The notes under the pieces are model-generated. The model was not told where the DNA came from. It did not search any database and was given only the letters and a program-made list of their open reading frames with translations. The position numbers were made by a program, and so were the translations under genes. A stretch of DNA of 64,000 nucleotides. It comes from Treponema sp. Lineage in GTDB: Bacteria > Spirochaetota > Spirochaetia > Treponematales > Breznakiellaceae. The stretch is from positions 1,953 to 65,952 of the forward strand of contig WQTD01000011.1 of NCBI GenBank assembly GCA_009786455.1. The letters are read 5' to 3'. Below are positions 50,353 to 60,515 of this stretch, in pieces. The first letter of the stretch is position 1. Each line of letters begins with the position of its first letter.

Positions 50353-51714
50353 ATGCTTTTTACCCCGTTTGAAATAAAAGAAACTGTTGATATGTTCATG
50401 CGTTATAAGCTTGACATACGCGCGATAACTCTGGGAGTTTCACTTCTTGACTGCATTTGTTCAACAGGAGAAGCGACGCGAAAAAAAATAAAAGAAAAAC
50501 TTCTGCATGTTGCGCAAAAATTGGTTAAAACAGGATGCGAAATAGAGACTGAATACGGGATTCCGATTATCAATAAACGCATCTCTGTTACTCCGATTTC
50601 AATTCTGGCTTCATCATGTGATGAAGACGATATTTCTCCCTATGCGCAAACGTTAGACGAAACCGCCCGCCAGCTTGGAATAGATTTTATCGGAGGATTT
50701 TCAGCGCTTGTTCACAAGGGATTTACGAAAGGCGATGAAAAACTAATAAACTCAATCCCGAAAGCGCTCTCTGTAACGGAAAAAGTGTGCTCAAGCGTTA
50801 ATGTAGCCTCGACAAAGAGCGGGATAAACATGGACGCTGTCAGAATAATGGGAAAAATAATTAAGGAGACGGCGCAGGCAACTTCTGACAAAGACGGAAT
50901 AGGCTGCGCAAAGCTGGTGGTTTTTTGCAACGCGCCTGAAGATAACCCCTTTATGGCAGGAGCTTTTCACGGAGCGGGAGAAGCTGAAAGCGCTCTTAAT
51001 GTGGGAGTTTCAGGTCCCGGCGTAATCAAAGCGGCTCTGGAAAATTACGCAAGCCAGACCTTTGATGAACTTGCTGATACCATAAAAAAAACCGCTTTTA
51101 AAATTACGCGGATGGGTCAGCTGGTCGGAATGGAAGCAGCGAAACGCATAGGCGTTCCGTTTGGTATTCTCGATTTATCCCTCGCTCCGACGCCTGCTGT
51201 CGGAGATTCAGTTGCGCGTATTCTGGAAGAAATGGGACTGGAAGCCGCCGGGACTCACGGCACTACGGCGGCTCTTGCAATGCTTACAGACATGGTAAAA
51301 AAAGGCGGGATAATGGCGTCAACTCATGTAGGCGGTTTTTCCGGTGCGTTTATTCCAATATCTGAAGATGAGGGCATGGCTGCTTCCGTTAAAAACGGAA
51401 ACATAACTTTGGATAAACTCGAAGCTCTTACAAGCGTATGTTCGGTAGGTTTGGATATGATTCCCATTCCGGGAGATACATCCGCACAGACAATTTCAGC
51501 CATCATCGCTGATGAAATGGCGATAGGAATGGTAAACAACAAAACAACTGCTGTGCGCGTTATCCCTGTTCCGGGCAAAAAAGCAGGGGATTGGGCGCAA
51601 TTTGGAGGTCTTTTGGGAGGCTCACCCATAATGGCGGTTAACAGCGCAAAGAGCGATGTTTTTATAAATAGAGGCGGAAGAATACCCGCTCCCATACACA
51701 GTTTCAGAAATTGA
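50353..51714 (+). CDS. UPF0210/DUF711 (PFL-fold family) protein
   Basis: [51 protein letters not shown]. Confidence 0.92.
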   Translation: MLFTPFEIKETVDMFMRYKLDIRAITLGVSLLDCICSTGEATRKKIKEKLLHVAQKLVKTGCEIETEYGIPIINKRISVTPISILASSCDEDDISPYAQTLDETARQLGIDFIGGFSALVHKGFTKGDEKLINSIPKALSVTEKVCSSVNVASTKSGINMDAVRIMGKIIKETAQATSDKDGIGCAKLVVFCNAPEDNPFMAGAFHGAGEAESALNVGVSGPGVIKAALENYASQTFDELADTIKKTAFKITRMGQLVGMEAAKRIGVPFGILDLSLAPTPAVGDSVARILEEMGLEAAGTHGTTAALAMLTDMVKKGGIMASTHVGGFSGAFIPISEDEGMAASVKNGNITLDKLEALTSVCSVGLDMIPIPGDTSAQTISAIIADEMAIGMVNNKTTAVRVIPVPGKKAGDWAQFGGLLGGSPIMAVNSAKSDVFINRGGRIPAPIHSFRN

Positions 51715-51746
51715 GTTTATACTGTAAAAAAAATAAGGAGAATAAC

Positions 51747-52214
51747 ATGCCGGCGTTACTTGGAAACAGCACTATTATCCAGGTTGGGATAATTGTGAAA
51801 AACATTGAAGAAACAAAAAAGAAATGGGCTTCTTTTTTCGGGATTCCCGTTCCTGTCACAGTTCAGGCAGGAGAGTATGAAACAACCCAGACGAAATACA
51901 AAGGGAATGACGCGCCAAAGGCAAAATGCCAGATGGCTTTTTTTGAAGCAGGACCGAACATGCAGCTTGAATTGATACAGCCAAACGGAGAGAAAAGCAC
52001 ATGGCAGGATTTTCTTGATGAAAAGGGAGAGGGGATTCACCATATCGCCTTTTCGGTAAAAGACACCAAAAAAGTTATTGAAACCTGCGAAAAAGAGGGA
52101 TTTAAATGCGTTCAGCAGGGTAAATACGGAGATGCTAGCGGAGAGTACGCATACCTTGATACAGAAAAAACCCTAAAATGCGTTATTGAAACCCTTGAAA
52201 GTTATTCCAGATAA
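51747..52214 (+). CDS. VOC-family protein (methylmalonyl-CoA epimerase/glyoxalase-like)
   Basis: QVGIIV, QLELIQP, GEGIHHIAF, IETLE; AAGGAG RBS before ATG 51747. Confidence 0.88.
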   Translation: MPALLGNSTIIQVGIIVKNIEETKKKWASFFGIPVPVTVQAGEYETTQTKYKGNDAPKAKCQMAFFEAGPNMQLELIQPNGEKSTWQDFLDEKGEGIHHIAFSVKDTKKVIETCEKEGFKCVQQGKYGDASGEYAYLDTEKTLKCVIETLESYSR

Positions 52215-52888
52215 CTTTCAATACTGCCATTTTCCATAACAGCGATTCTATTGCACAAATACTCCAGGGCGCTTAAGTTATGTGAAATGAAAATGATTCC
52301 AAGGTCTGCGCTTTTATTCAGCTTGTTAAAAAGATTTAATATTTGAGCCGCGGCGGATACGTCAAGCGAGCTTATTGCCTCATCTGCGATTAAAAGTCTT
52401 GGCTGCATAATCAAAGCGCGCGCTATACAGACACGCTGTTTTTGTCCTCCTGACAGTTCACCCGTCCTTCGCGTTTTGAAGGAAGGATCGAGTCCTACGC
52501 GGATTAACATTCTGTCAACAGCCTGCCTGCGTTCAGCGGCATTGCCTTTTTTGTTTATTATTAGGGGCTCTTCTACAAGAAATCCTATTTTTTTAACAGG
52601 ATTAAGTGAACCCCCCGGATCCTGAAAAACGATCTGAACATGTCCTCTCCTGCATTTTTTGCCGTTCAGAAGAATCTCTCCTTCAAAACCGGTTAATCCC
52701 AGGATACAATTGGCAAGCGTTGTCTTTCCGCATCCTGATTTTCCCGTAAGACCGAAAATTTCTCCTGCCTTCATTTCCAAACTGACGTTATTCAAAACTT
52801 TTTTTCTTTCCGCTTTTCCAAAAGGTGAATTTTTTATGCTGATATAAGAATTGGAAAGATTTCTGACAGAAAGCAGCGGTTCGCTCAT
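52202..52888 (-). CDS. Peptide/nickel ABC transporter ATP-binding protein (DppF-like)
   Basis: GKSGCGKTT, LSGGQKQR, ADEAISSLD; start at MSEPLL. Confidence 0.9.
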   Translation of the reverse strand: MSEPLLSVRNLSNSYISIKNSPFGKAERKKVLNNVSLEMKAGEIFGLTGKSGCGKTTLANCILGLTGFEGEILLNGKKCRRGHVQIVFQDPGGSLNPVKKIGFLVEEPLIINKKGNAAERRQAVDRMLIRVGLDPSFKTRRTGELSGGQKQRVCIARALIMQPRLLIADEAISSLDVSAAAQILNLFNKLNKSADLGIIFISHNLSALEYLCNRIAVMENGSIESYLE

Positions 52889-53874
52889 TTCTGCACCTCG
52901 GGAAAAAAGCAAAAAACACGCCTGTTTTCTGAAATAATGGGAGAGGGAAACTCCCTGCGGCAGATATCTTTTGCTTTTTTGCACCGCGGCGCAAAGGGAC
53001 AGCCGTCTGCGGGATTAAAAATTGTGTTGACTTTTCCCGGTATATTTTCCAATTTTTTGCCGCGTTTTTGTTTATCTGGGATTGAGTTAATCAATGCTTT
53101 AGTATACGGATGAAGCGGAGAAAAAAAAGCTGAAGCCGGACCTTCTTCCACAATTATGCCGGAATACATAACAAGAAAACGGCTGCAAATATTTTGTATA
53201 ACGGAAAGATCATGCGAAATAACGAGCAGAGACATTTTTTCGCTGCGGTTCATTTCCGTCAATAACGAAAGACAGAGGTTCTGGCTTTCTTCATCAAGCG
53301 AGCTTGACGGCTCGTCAGCCAGAAGAAGTTTCGGTCTGCGTATAACAGCCATTGCAGTTAACACCCTCTGGCACATTCCGCCTGAAAGCTGATGAGGATA
53401 AGCGTCAAAAATATTTTCCGCTTTTTTAAAGCCAAGCGATGAAAGCATTTCAAGAGCAGATTTCCTGTTCTGCGTATCGTATGTATTTTTCAAATTTGCA
53501 CTTTTTAAATTCTGGGAAAGTTCAAGGGTTTCAATAATTTGTTTTCCCACTTTCATAAGCGGATTGAGGGATTGCCTTACATCCTGAAAAACAATCGAAA
53601 TATCACCGCCTCTTATGCTGTTCATTTCTTTATCGCTCAAAGATGATAATTTTAAATCGTTAAAAATTAATTCGCCGCCCGATATTTTTATGCCGTCAGG
53701 CAGGAGGTTTAAAATTGACATTGCAGTCATGCTCTTGCCGCTGCCCGATTCTCCTGCAAGTCCTACTATTTCGCCTTTGTCAATATTAAAACTTACATTA
53801 TTAATAATTTTATATTCATTGCCGTTTTTCATTAAAGACGTGCAGAGTCCGCGCACTTCAAGCAATGGAGTCAC
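52885..53874 (-). CDS. Peptide/nickel ABC transporter ATP-binding protein (DppD-like)
   Basis: GESGSGKS, YPHQLSGGMCQR, HPYT...GCPFAPRC; GTG start with GGAGG RBS. Confidence 0.92.
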   Translation of the reverse strand: MTPLLEVRGLCTSLMKNGNEYKIINNVSFNIDKGEIVGLAGESGSGKSMTAMSILNLLPDGIKISGGELIFNDLKLSSLSDKEMNSIRGGDISIVFQDVRQSLNPLMKVGKQIIETLELSQNLKSANLKNTYDTQNRKSALEMLSSLGFKKAENIFDAYPHQLSGGMCQRVLTAMAVIRRPKLLLADEPSSSLDEESQNLCLSLLTEMNRSEKMSLLVISHDLSVIQNICSRFLVMYSGIIVEEGPASAFFSPLHPYTKALINSIPDKQKRGKKLENIPGKVNTIFNPADGCPFAPRCKKAKDICRREFPSPIISENRRVFCFFPEVQK

Positions 53875-54673
53875 TCTGTCCTCCAAAAGCGCGGCGCAGT
53901 CCTTCTCCCAAAAGATGAAAGGCAACTACCGTAAATATTATAAAAATTCCCGGAGACAGAGCGTACCACGGAGCGCTGAAAAAATAAGCCTGCGATTCGT
54001 AAAGCATTCTTCCCCACGAAGGATGCGGCGGCTGTATTCCCATTCCAAGGTAACTCATCGCAGCTTCAGCCAGAATTGCGTTTGAAAGCCCCAGGACAGC
54101 AGCTGAAAGAAGGGAAGGAGCAAGATTGGGAAGGATATGAATAAACGTTATACGAAATAATCCCGCTCCCATAATATATTCAGCCTGTATGAAAGATGAG
54201 TTTTTATGCTGTATCGCGCCGGTTCGCATAACGCGCGTAAAACCTGGAATAAAAAGTATGAAAAGGGCTATGAACATGGAAAATTGCCCGCCTTCAAGAA
54301 GTGCAATCATTAAAAGAGCCATAACAATTCCCGGAAAAGAGCTTATTGTATCAATTATGCGCAAAATAACGGTTTCGGTTATTCCTCCAAGAAATCCTGC
54401 AAAAAGCCCTAGAACGCATCCTGCCGCCGCTGAGCAGATAACAGTGCAAACTGCGACAACCAGGGAATTTCTTCCGCCTGCCATTATCCTTGAAAATATA
54501 TCCCTTCCGAAATTATCAGTTCCAAGAAAATGCTGCGCTCCAGGAGGAGAAAGACGATCCTCATGGTTCATTGAATTGTAATCATACGGAACCCAAAAAA
54601 AACTTACAAGCGACATCAAAATAATTATAACGCCGATTACAGCTCCTGTTTTTAATTCAAAGTTATGTCTCAT
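53858..54673 (-). CDS. Peptide/nickel ABC transporter permease (DppC-like)
   Basis: LGTDNFGRDIFSR, HILPN, SYLGMG...PSWG; start at MRHNF. Confidence 0.92.
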   Translation of the reverse strand: MRHNFELKTGAVIGVIIILMSLVSFFWVPYDYNSMNHEDRLSPPGAQHFLGTDNFGRDIFSRIMAGGRNSLVVAVCTVICSAAAGCVLGLFAGFLGGITETVILRIIDTISSFPGIVMALLMIALLEGGQFSMFIALFILFIPGFTRVMRTGAIQHKNSSFIQAEYIMGAGLFRITFIHILPNLAPSLLSAAVLGLSNAILAEAAMSYLGMGIQPPHPSWGRMLYESQAYFFSAPWYALSPGIFIIFTVVAFHLLGEGLRRAFGGQSDSIA

Positions 54674-55626
54674 TGCACTTCCCTTGAAGTTTTGATTCTG
54701 GGGTCCAGAAACATAATTACAATGTCGGCTGCCGTGTTTGCAAGCACTACAATAAAGGCAATGTAGACCATTAAAGCCTGAATAAGGGGATAATCCCTGG
54801 AATTTATAGCGGCTACAAGAAGTCTGCCAATTCCCGGGATAGTGAAAACCTGTTCTATTATAATGCTGCCCGAAAATATTTCTGCTATGATCATACCGAA
54901 AATTGTAATAGCGGGGATGAGCGCGTTTTTTAAAACATGCCGGCGCAAAATATAAAGACGGCCCGCTCCCTTGCTCTTTGCCGTCCGTACATAATCCTTT
55001 TGCAATTCCTGAAAGAGAGAGCCTCTTAAAAATTTTATCAATATTGCGCTGTTGGGAATTGCAATCGCAAGAGCGGGGAAAAAAAGGCATTGCAGGAATC
55101 CGGGAAAATTCTCTCTGTAATCAATATATAGACCAGGTGTAAATAAATGAAAAATAAAACCGAAAGTCCAAATGAAGAGAAGACCCAAAAAAAAACCCGG
55201 AATGCTGATAGCGCCTGCGGTAAAAAAATTTGTTATGCGATCAGGGATATTGCCTTCCCGCTTGACTGTTAAAAGAGATACAGGCACCGAGATAACAAGT
55301 ATAAAAAAAAGCGAGAGCAAAGCGAGAGTAAAACTTACAGGCAGGCGGTCGTTGATCATCGCGGAAATTGACTCTCCGCGAAAACGAAAAGATTCCCCCA
55401 GATTTCCCGAAAGAAAACCGCCAAGCCAGTCAAGGTAACGAATAAATATATTGCGGTCAAGTCCAATTTCCCTGCGAAGGTTTTCAAGGTATTCTGGTGT
55501 TGCGTTAATGCCTGCAAGAAAAGTCGCCGGATCTCCGCGGATTACTCCAAATGACAAAAAACAAAAAACCGAAACCAGAAACATTGTAATAAGAGCTATT
55601 ACAATTTTTCCGAATATGTATTTCAA
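54670..55626 (-). CDS. Peptide/nickel ABC transporter permease (DppB-like)
   Basis: GDPA, DYVRTAKSKG, IEQVFTIPGIG, RDYP, LDPRI. Confidence 0.93.
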   Translation of the reverse strand: MKYIFGKIVIALITMFLVSVFCFLSFGVIRGDPATFLAGINATPEYLENLRREIGLDRNIFIRYLDWLGGFLSGNLGESFRFRGESISAMINDRLPVSFTLALLSLFFILVISVPVSLLTVKREGNIPDRITNFFTAGAISIPGFFLGLLFIWTFGFIFHLFTPGLYIDYRENFPGFLQCLFFPALAIAIPNSAILIKFLRGSLFQELQKDYVRTAKSKGAGRLYILRRHVLKNALIPAITIFGMIIAEIFSGSIIIEQVFTIPGIGRLLVAAINSRDYPLIQALMVYIAFIVVLANTAADIVIMFLDPRIKTSREVQ

Positions 55627-57113
55627 TTTTGATTTATCCTGTGTATCGATGCAAAATCAATGACATATAACGGGTAATTCAAAACACCGCTGTATTGACC
55701 TGCTTTTAAAGTCATAAAATAAAAAATATCCTGAATATAAACGCTTGCCGCGCTTTCCGCAATGATACGCTGGGCGTTCTTGTAATAATTTATGCGTCTT
55801 TTTTCGTCGGGTTCAACAAGAGCAAGACTGTAAACCCTGTCAAATTCATCATTTTTAAAGTTAATAAAATTATTACTTCTCTGTGAATTATAACGCGAAA
55901 GATAACTTCGCGGGGATACATTGGGACTGTCAAGTGAAATTATTGTAGACTGATAATTTCTTCCCTGATAAGTATCAGAGAGCCATGTGTTCCAATCAAC
56001 AAGTCTGATATTTACTGAAACGCCGATTTTTTCAAGCTGATTTGCGATTACCTGTGCCGTATCAACATGCATGGCATAATTGGACGGAACTGTAATTTCA
56101 AGCGAAAAATCATTAATTTCACCGTCAAAACCCGCCTGCTTAAGAAGGGAGCGTGCCAGATCAGGGTTGTAATCATAAACCAGGGAATTATCGTAATAAA
56201 GAGATAACCCCGGTATAATGGGACTTCCGGAAGGAACGCCTGCGCCGAAAAATGCGGTATCTATAATGTTTTTTATATCAATACCGTAGTTGATTGCCCG
56301 TCTTACACGTACATCGTCAAGAGGCGGAAATGCGTTATTAAGCGCAAGAAGCTGCACAGACGCCGAATAACTGCTTACAAAATCAAAACGTTTTTGATCA
56401 AGCAAAGCCGCCATTGAACCTGTAACTCTGGAGCCGCTTATGCTTTCACTTTGAAGAGCAGTCATCAGTGCGTCATAATTTTCAAAAAAAACAATTATAA
56501 CTTTTTCAAGGGATGCTTTTTTTTCATGCCAGTAATTGTCAAACCTTTTAAGAACAAGCCTTCGCTGTGTCGTATAACTTTCAAATGAAAAAGGACCGGT
56601 GCCGCAAATATTTTTTTCCCGGTCATTATTTCCGTTTTTAACAATCCCCAATGTGATGTAAGGAAGAAACTCAGGATCAGGGTTTTTTAAAACAAGCCTT
56701 ACCCGGTTATTGCCTTCTGTTAAAACCTCTTTTATATTATCCAAACCGCTGAAACCTGACGCGACAGCAGTATCAAAACTGAATTTGACATCAGCAGAAA
56801 CAAGCGGGGAGCCGTCGTGAAAAAGAACACCTTCCCTGAGAGTAAAATTGTATGCAAGCAAGTCTTCATCAATCGTCCACGATTGCGCAAGACACGGTTT
56901 GAGATCGCCTGTTGTATCAGGCTTTACAAGACCTTCAAATATATTAAAAAGAATGCTTCTGCCGTCCGCAGTGCTAGCGGGACTTATTGGATCAAATGTC
57001 GAAGGTTCTGAAACAAAACCAAAGAGGAATTCATTGTTTTTTATGTCTTTGCCTGAACAGGAAGCAAAAAAAATAATGAAAAACGAGCAGACAGCCGCTA
57101 TTATTCTTTTCAT
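55623..57113 (-). CDS. Peptide/nickel ABC transporter substrate-binding lipoprotein (family 5)
   Basis: Lipobox FASC; IFEGLV...LAQSW...FTLREGVLFHDGSP, GTGPF. Confidence 0.93.
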   Translation of the reverse strand: MKRIIAAVCSFFIIFFASCSGKDIKNNEFLFGFVSEPSTFDPISPASTADGRSILFNIFEGLVKPDTTGDLKPCLAQSWTIDEDLLAYNFTLREGVLFHDGSPLVSADVKFSFDTAVASGFSGLDNIKEVLTEGNNRVRLVLKNPDPEFLPYITLGIVKNGNNDREKNICGTGPFSFESYTTQRRLVLKRFDNYWHEKKASLEKVIIVFFENYDALMTALQSESISGSRVTGSMAALLDQKRFDFVSSYSASVQLLALNNAFPPLDDVRVRRAINYGIDIKNIIDTAFFGAGVPSGSPIIPGLSLYYDNSLVYDYNPDLARSLLKQAGFDGEINDFSLEITVPSNYAMHVDTAQVIANQLEKIGVSVNIRLVDWNTWLSDTYQGRNYQSTIISLDSPNVSPRSYLSRYNSQRSNNFINFKNDEFDRVYSLALVEPDEKRRINYYKNAQRIIAESAASVYIQDIFYFMTLKAGQYSGVLNYPLYVIDFASIHRINQN

Positions 57114-57199
57114 GTTAGCGAATTGTACTATAAAAGCAAAATATGAAGCAATAACTTAATTATTAAAATTCAGTTAATTGCGAACATTGGATTATTTTA

Positions 57200-57373
57200 A
57201 GGAAGTTGTAAAAACTGAATTTTCCAAACTACTTAGAGTCTGTTAATAATGTGAACACATTATTAACAGACTACTATAAAATCTGCATTTTCGTAGCTGT
57301 TAGGCGAGAATAATGCATCGGACTAAAGTCCGCGGTCTGTCCGTAAAATAACCAACTTTATGGGCAGACACTA
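57200..57373. repeat. Cluster of palindromes (type B, perfect 17-bp inverted repeat, CGGACTAAAGTCCG, type A)
   Basis: AAAACTGAATTTT; AGTCTGTTAATAATGTG-AA-CACATTATTAACAGACT (57237-57272); GTCTGTCCGTAAAA-TAACCAA-CTTTATGGGCAGAC. Confidence 0.75.
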
Positions 57374-57378
57374 CTTAA

Positions 57379-60177
57379 TTATTTTAAAGCTTCGGCGTTA
57401 TCACGTTTGTTCCATCTTAGCGCGATATCATAAGGTATTTCCGAAGAAATATTCCTGAACGTTTTGTTGGCTCCAAACCCGAGTAAAAGGCTGATGCTTT
57501 CAGGATTTCCATAGCGTGCGGCAAGATGTAAAATGGTGTTTTCCATACTGTCTCTTGAATTAATGGCTCTGCCGGAAAAGATTGCCTTTATACATTCTTC
57601 GCCTTTTTCAAAAGAAATATCCGCAGGCGTTCTATTGTCGGCGGCAACCAGGAACGGATCGGCTCCCGCTTCAGATAATGAACTGATGTTTTCAAATTGA
57701 TTCAAATCAACAGCAAGCCTTAACGGAGTTTTGCCGTTGCTGTCAACAGAATTTATTCTGGCTCCTTTTGAAATAATTGTTTTCATTATTTGCGGTGAAG
57801 CTTTTTCCCGTAAGGCAATATGGAGCGGCGAGTTTCCAGAATCATCAGGCACATTTACCCTGTCGTTTGTAAGAAGAGCCGAAACAAGCTGCTGTGAAAT
57901 GCTTATGGATAATTGATATGGAGTTATATTTCTGTTGTTACGCGCATGAATTGACACGTTCATTTTTAAAAGCATTTCCGCAATATCAGCCCTGTCCATG
58001 CCTACGGCAAGATGCAGGGGAGTGTCGCCTCTGGTATTGCGCGTTAGCGGGTCTGCTTTAGCCGCCGCAAGCCTTTGCATGGATGAAGTAAAACCACCCC
58101 TTACCGCTTCCATAAAAGGAGTATTGCCGTCTATATTGCGGATTTCAAGATTAGCTCTGTTTTTAATCAATATAGTTTCAATTTCTGTCATTTCAAGGGT
58201 GACAGAATCATGCAAAGGTGTATTTCCGCTTAATGTATGAACATTGATGTCAATTCCGTTTGATAAAAGAACAGGTACAGAATTAATTGCATTCCAGCGT
58301 ACGGACGCGTGAAGAACAGAGTTCCCCTGTGTATCGCGCGCGTTAATGTCAGCTTTATTGTTAATTAAAACCTTTATTGTGGAGGGACTGTCAGTCTTTA
58401 CCGCCATAAAAAGTGGAGTTTCTCCTGTTGCATTCGGTTCATTAACTGAAATACCGTTCCTGATTATCAGGGGAACGGCGTCGTTAAGTTTCCACTGCGC
58501 CGCATAATGAAGCATGCTGTTGCCCATTCCATCTCTTGCAAGCACAGTGATTTTATTAATAATCCAGTTTCTTAAAGGCGATGAAGTAAGCGCGAAGTAA
58601 AGAGGGTTTTCACCGGCTGCGTTAGCTGAAAAAATATCAGCTCCGCGGGAGATTAAAAATTCGCCCGTTTCACTTTGATTTGTTCTTACCGCAATATGAA
58701 GGGCGGTATCGCCGGTTCTGTTTCTTGCGTTTATAGCCGCTCTATTGTCAAATATTTTTTCTATTTGTTTTATATTGGCATGGTTTCTTACAGCAATATG
58801 AAGCAGAGTGTTGCCTGCGCTGTCTCTCTGCGTTACGGTTTCTGACGTTATCAGAAGATCCAGAATGGCATCGCCTGCCGTTAAAGCCAGTGAAAACGGA
58901 GTAACGCCGGAATTATCAGATGCGAATATATCAGAATTATGGGAGAGAAGAAGGGGAATAGTTGATTCGCGTTTTTCCTGAACTGCGATATATAAGGGAG
59001 TTTTACCTTCGATATTCCTGATCTGAACGTCCGCTTCTCCGTTTAGTATCGCCTGAATTACAGATGCGGAACGGTTTAAAATTACGGCGATATGCAGGGG
59101 AGTTTCTCCGTGCTCATCACGGAGATTTGGATCGGCTCCGTTTCCGATAAGGAGAGTTACAGCTTCCAGGTGAACATTAGAGGGGGTTCCGATATGAAGT
59201 GCGGTATTTCCCTTTGCGTCCCTTGCATTCACATCCGCTCCGTTGGCGATAAGCAGTTGAATTAATTCAAGATTACCCGTACGCACAGCTTCATGAAGAG
59301 CCGTAGCTCCTGAACTGCTTTTCAGGTTAACATCAATTTTTTTATCGAATAAAAATGATATAAGCCCTGAAAGATTATTGATCACAGCATAATGGATTAA
59401 AGCTATGCCTTCGTTCCTGCGTATATCGTAATTGGCGCTTCTTGCTGCCGGTGAAAAAAAATGATAAAGCGGGTTGTCTGAACTCCCTCCTGCCAGAAGG
59501 AGCTGTTCTGATATAATCATATGTTTTTTTGAATCAGCTCTGCGAAGCGTATAATCAAGCGCACTCATACCGTTATTATCTCTTCTGTTAATCAAAACAG
59601 TAGCGGGACGCAGTGTTGAAAGAATTTCATTAACGCACTGGACATTACCAGCAATGCTTGCAAGCTGTAGAATTGTTCTTCCGTCTTTGTCGGCGGATTC
59701 AATGGAAACAGGGGTAAGAATGGCTTTGTATATGTCATTGCCCGAAGATAATGAAATTTTTGCGGGAGTGGTATTTATAAGATCCTGATGAATATCCGCC
59801 TTTGCATTAACGAGAATACTTGCTGTCTTTGAATCGTTTTTTCCGACGCTGATTCCCAGCGGACTCATTTTTGAATTATCAAGCGCATTAACATCGGCTC
59901 CCAGCGCAATAAAAAAGGCGGCAAGCTGAGCGTCCATATTTTCAGCTGCATAATGAAGGGGAGTTCTTCCCTGCGAATCAATTGCGTTAACATCAATCTC
60001 GCCCATAAAATAACCTCTTGCCCGTTCATCCCCGCGCTGAAGAAGAGACCAAATATCAACGCCTCTTGGTGCTGTAACTGGCGCGAATTCCTGCGGTTTG
60101 GGAGAGCTTTTACAGCTTATAAGACAAAAAATTGTTAAAATAATTGATAAAACAAGGCAAATTGATACTTTTTTCAT
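57379..60177 (-). CDS. Ankyrin-repeat lipoprotein
   Basis: Lipobox LISC; about 20 G.TPLH.A...GADVN repeats. Confidence 0.93.
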   Translation of the reverse strand: MKKVSICLVLSIILTIFCLISCKSSPKPQEFAPVTAPRGVDIWSLLQRGDERARGYFMGEIDVNAIDSQGRTPLHYAAENMDAQLAAFFIALGADVNALDNSKMSPLGISVGKNDSKTASILVNAKADIHQDLINTTPAKISLSSGNDIYKAILTPVSIESADKDGRTILQLASIAGNVQCVNEILSTLRPATVLINRRDNNGMSALDYTLRRADSKKHMIISEQLLLAGGSSDNPLYHFFSPAARSANYDIRRNEGIALIHYAVINNLSGLISFLFDKKIDVNLKSSSGATALHEAVRTGNLELIQLLIANGADVNARDAKGNTALHIGTPSNVHLEAVTLLIGNGADPNLRDEHGETPLHIAVILNRSASVIQAILNGEADVQIRNIEGKTPLYIAVQEKRESTIPLLLSHNSDIFASDNSGVTPFSLALTAGDAILDLLITSETVTQRDSAGNTLLHIAVRNHANIKQIEKIFDNRAAINARNRTGDTALHIAVRTNQSETGEFLISRGADIFSANAAGENPLYFALTSSPLRNWIINKITVLARDGMGNSMLHYAAQWKLNDAVPLIIRNGISVNEPNATGETPLFMAVKTDSPSTIKVLINNKADINARDTQGNSVLHASVRWNAINSVPVLLSNGIDINVHTLSGNTPLHDSVTLEMTEIETILIKNRANLEIRNIDGNTPFMEAVRGGFTSSMQRLAAAKADPLTRNTRGDTPLHLAVGMDRADIAEMLLKMNVSIHARNNRNITPYQLSISISQQLVSALLTNDRVNVPDDSGNSPLHIALREKASPQIMKTIISKGARINSVDSNGKTPLRLAVDLNQFENISSLSEAGADPFLVAADNRTPADISFEKGEECIKAIFSGRAINSRDSMENTILHLAARYGNPESISLLLGFGANKTFRNISSEIPYDIALRWNKRDNAEALK

Positions 60178-60306
60178 GCTTATATCATCGGCATATTAAG
60201 AATGGGGAATAAGGAAAGCAATTCACAGAGGGTTTATGACTGGTACCAAAAAGAGGAGTCTAGTAAGTACCATTGGTAAAAAACGATATATTAATCCAAA
60301 TATTAT

Positions 60307-60426
60307 AGGTCTTTTCCAAAACTCGGTTAGTTTCGGAAAAGGCTTTAGAAAAACCGTCTTATAAAGACAGTTTTTCATTTATATCTAAGGAGGCTTTTCC
60401 AAAAACTGAAGATTTGGAAAAATCTC
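60307..60426. repeat. ~120-bp composite MITE/REP-like element
   Basis: AGGTCTTTTCCAAAAC-TCGGTTA-GTTTCGGAAAAGGCTT, middle hairpin, TTTTTCATTTATATCTAAGG linker, AGGCTTTTCCAAAAAC-TGAA-GATTTGGAAAAATCTC. Confidence 0.78.
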
Positions 60427-60486
60427 AAATGATAAAAACCCAAAATTGACGCTCTTTTTACTCCTATTTGATACTTTTTACAATGC

Positions 60487-60515
60487 TTGACACTTTTTTG
60501 TTGAAATGCCATAGT
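60487..60515 (+). promoter_or_regulatory. Sigma70-type promoter upstream of tRNA-Leu
   Basis: TTGACA-N17-CATAGT. Confidence 0.6.

Noticed and set aside
54674-55090. Long N-terminal extension of the DppC-like ORF, and similar extensions of the DppD, DppF, DUF4139 and VOC ORFs
   Set aside because: They overlap neighbouring genes or intergenic DNA; downstream starts have RBS or ATGA coupling and match family N-termini.
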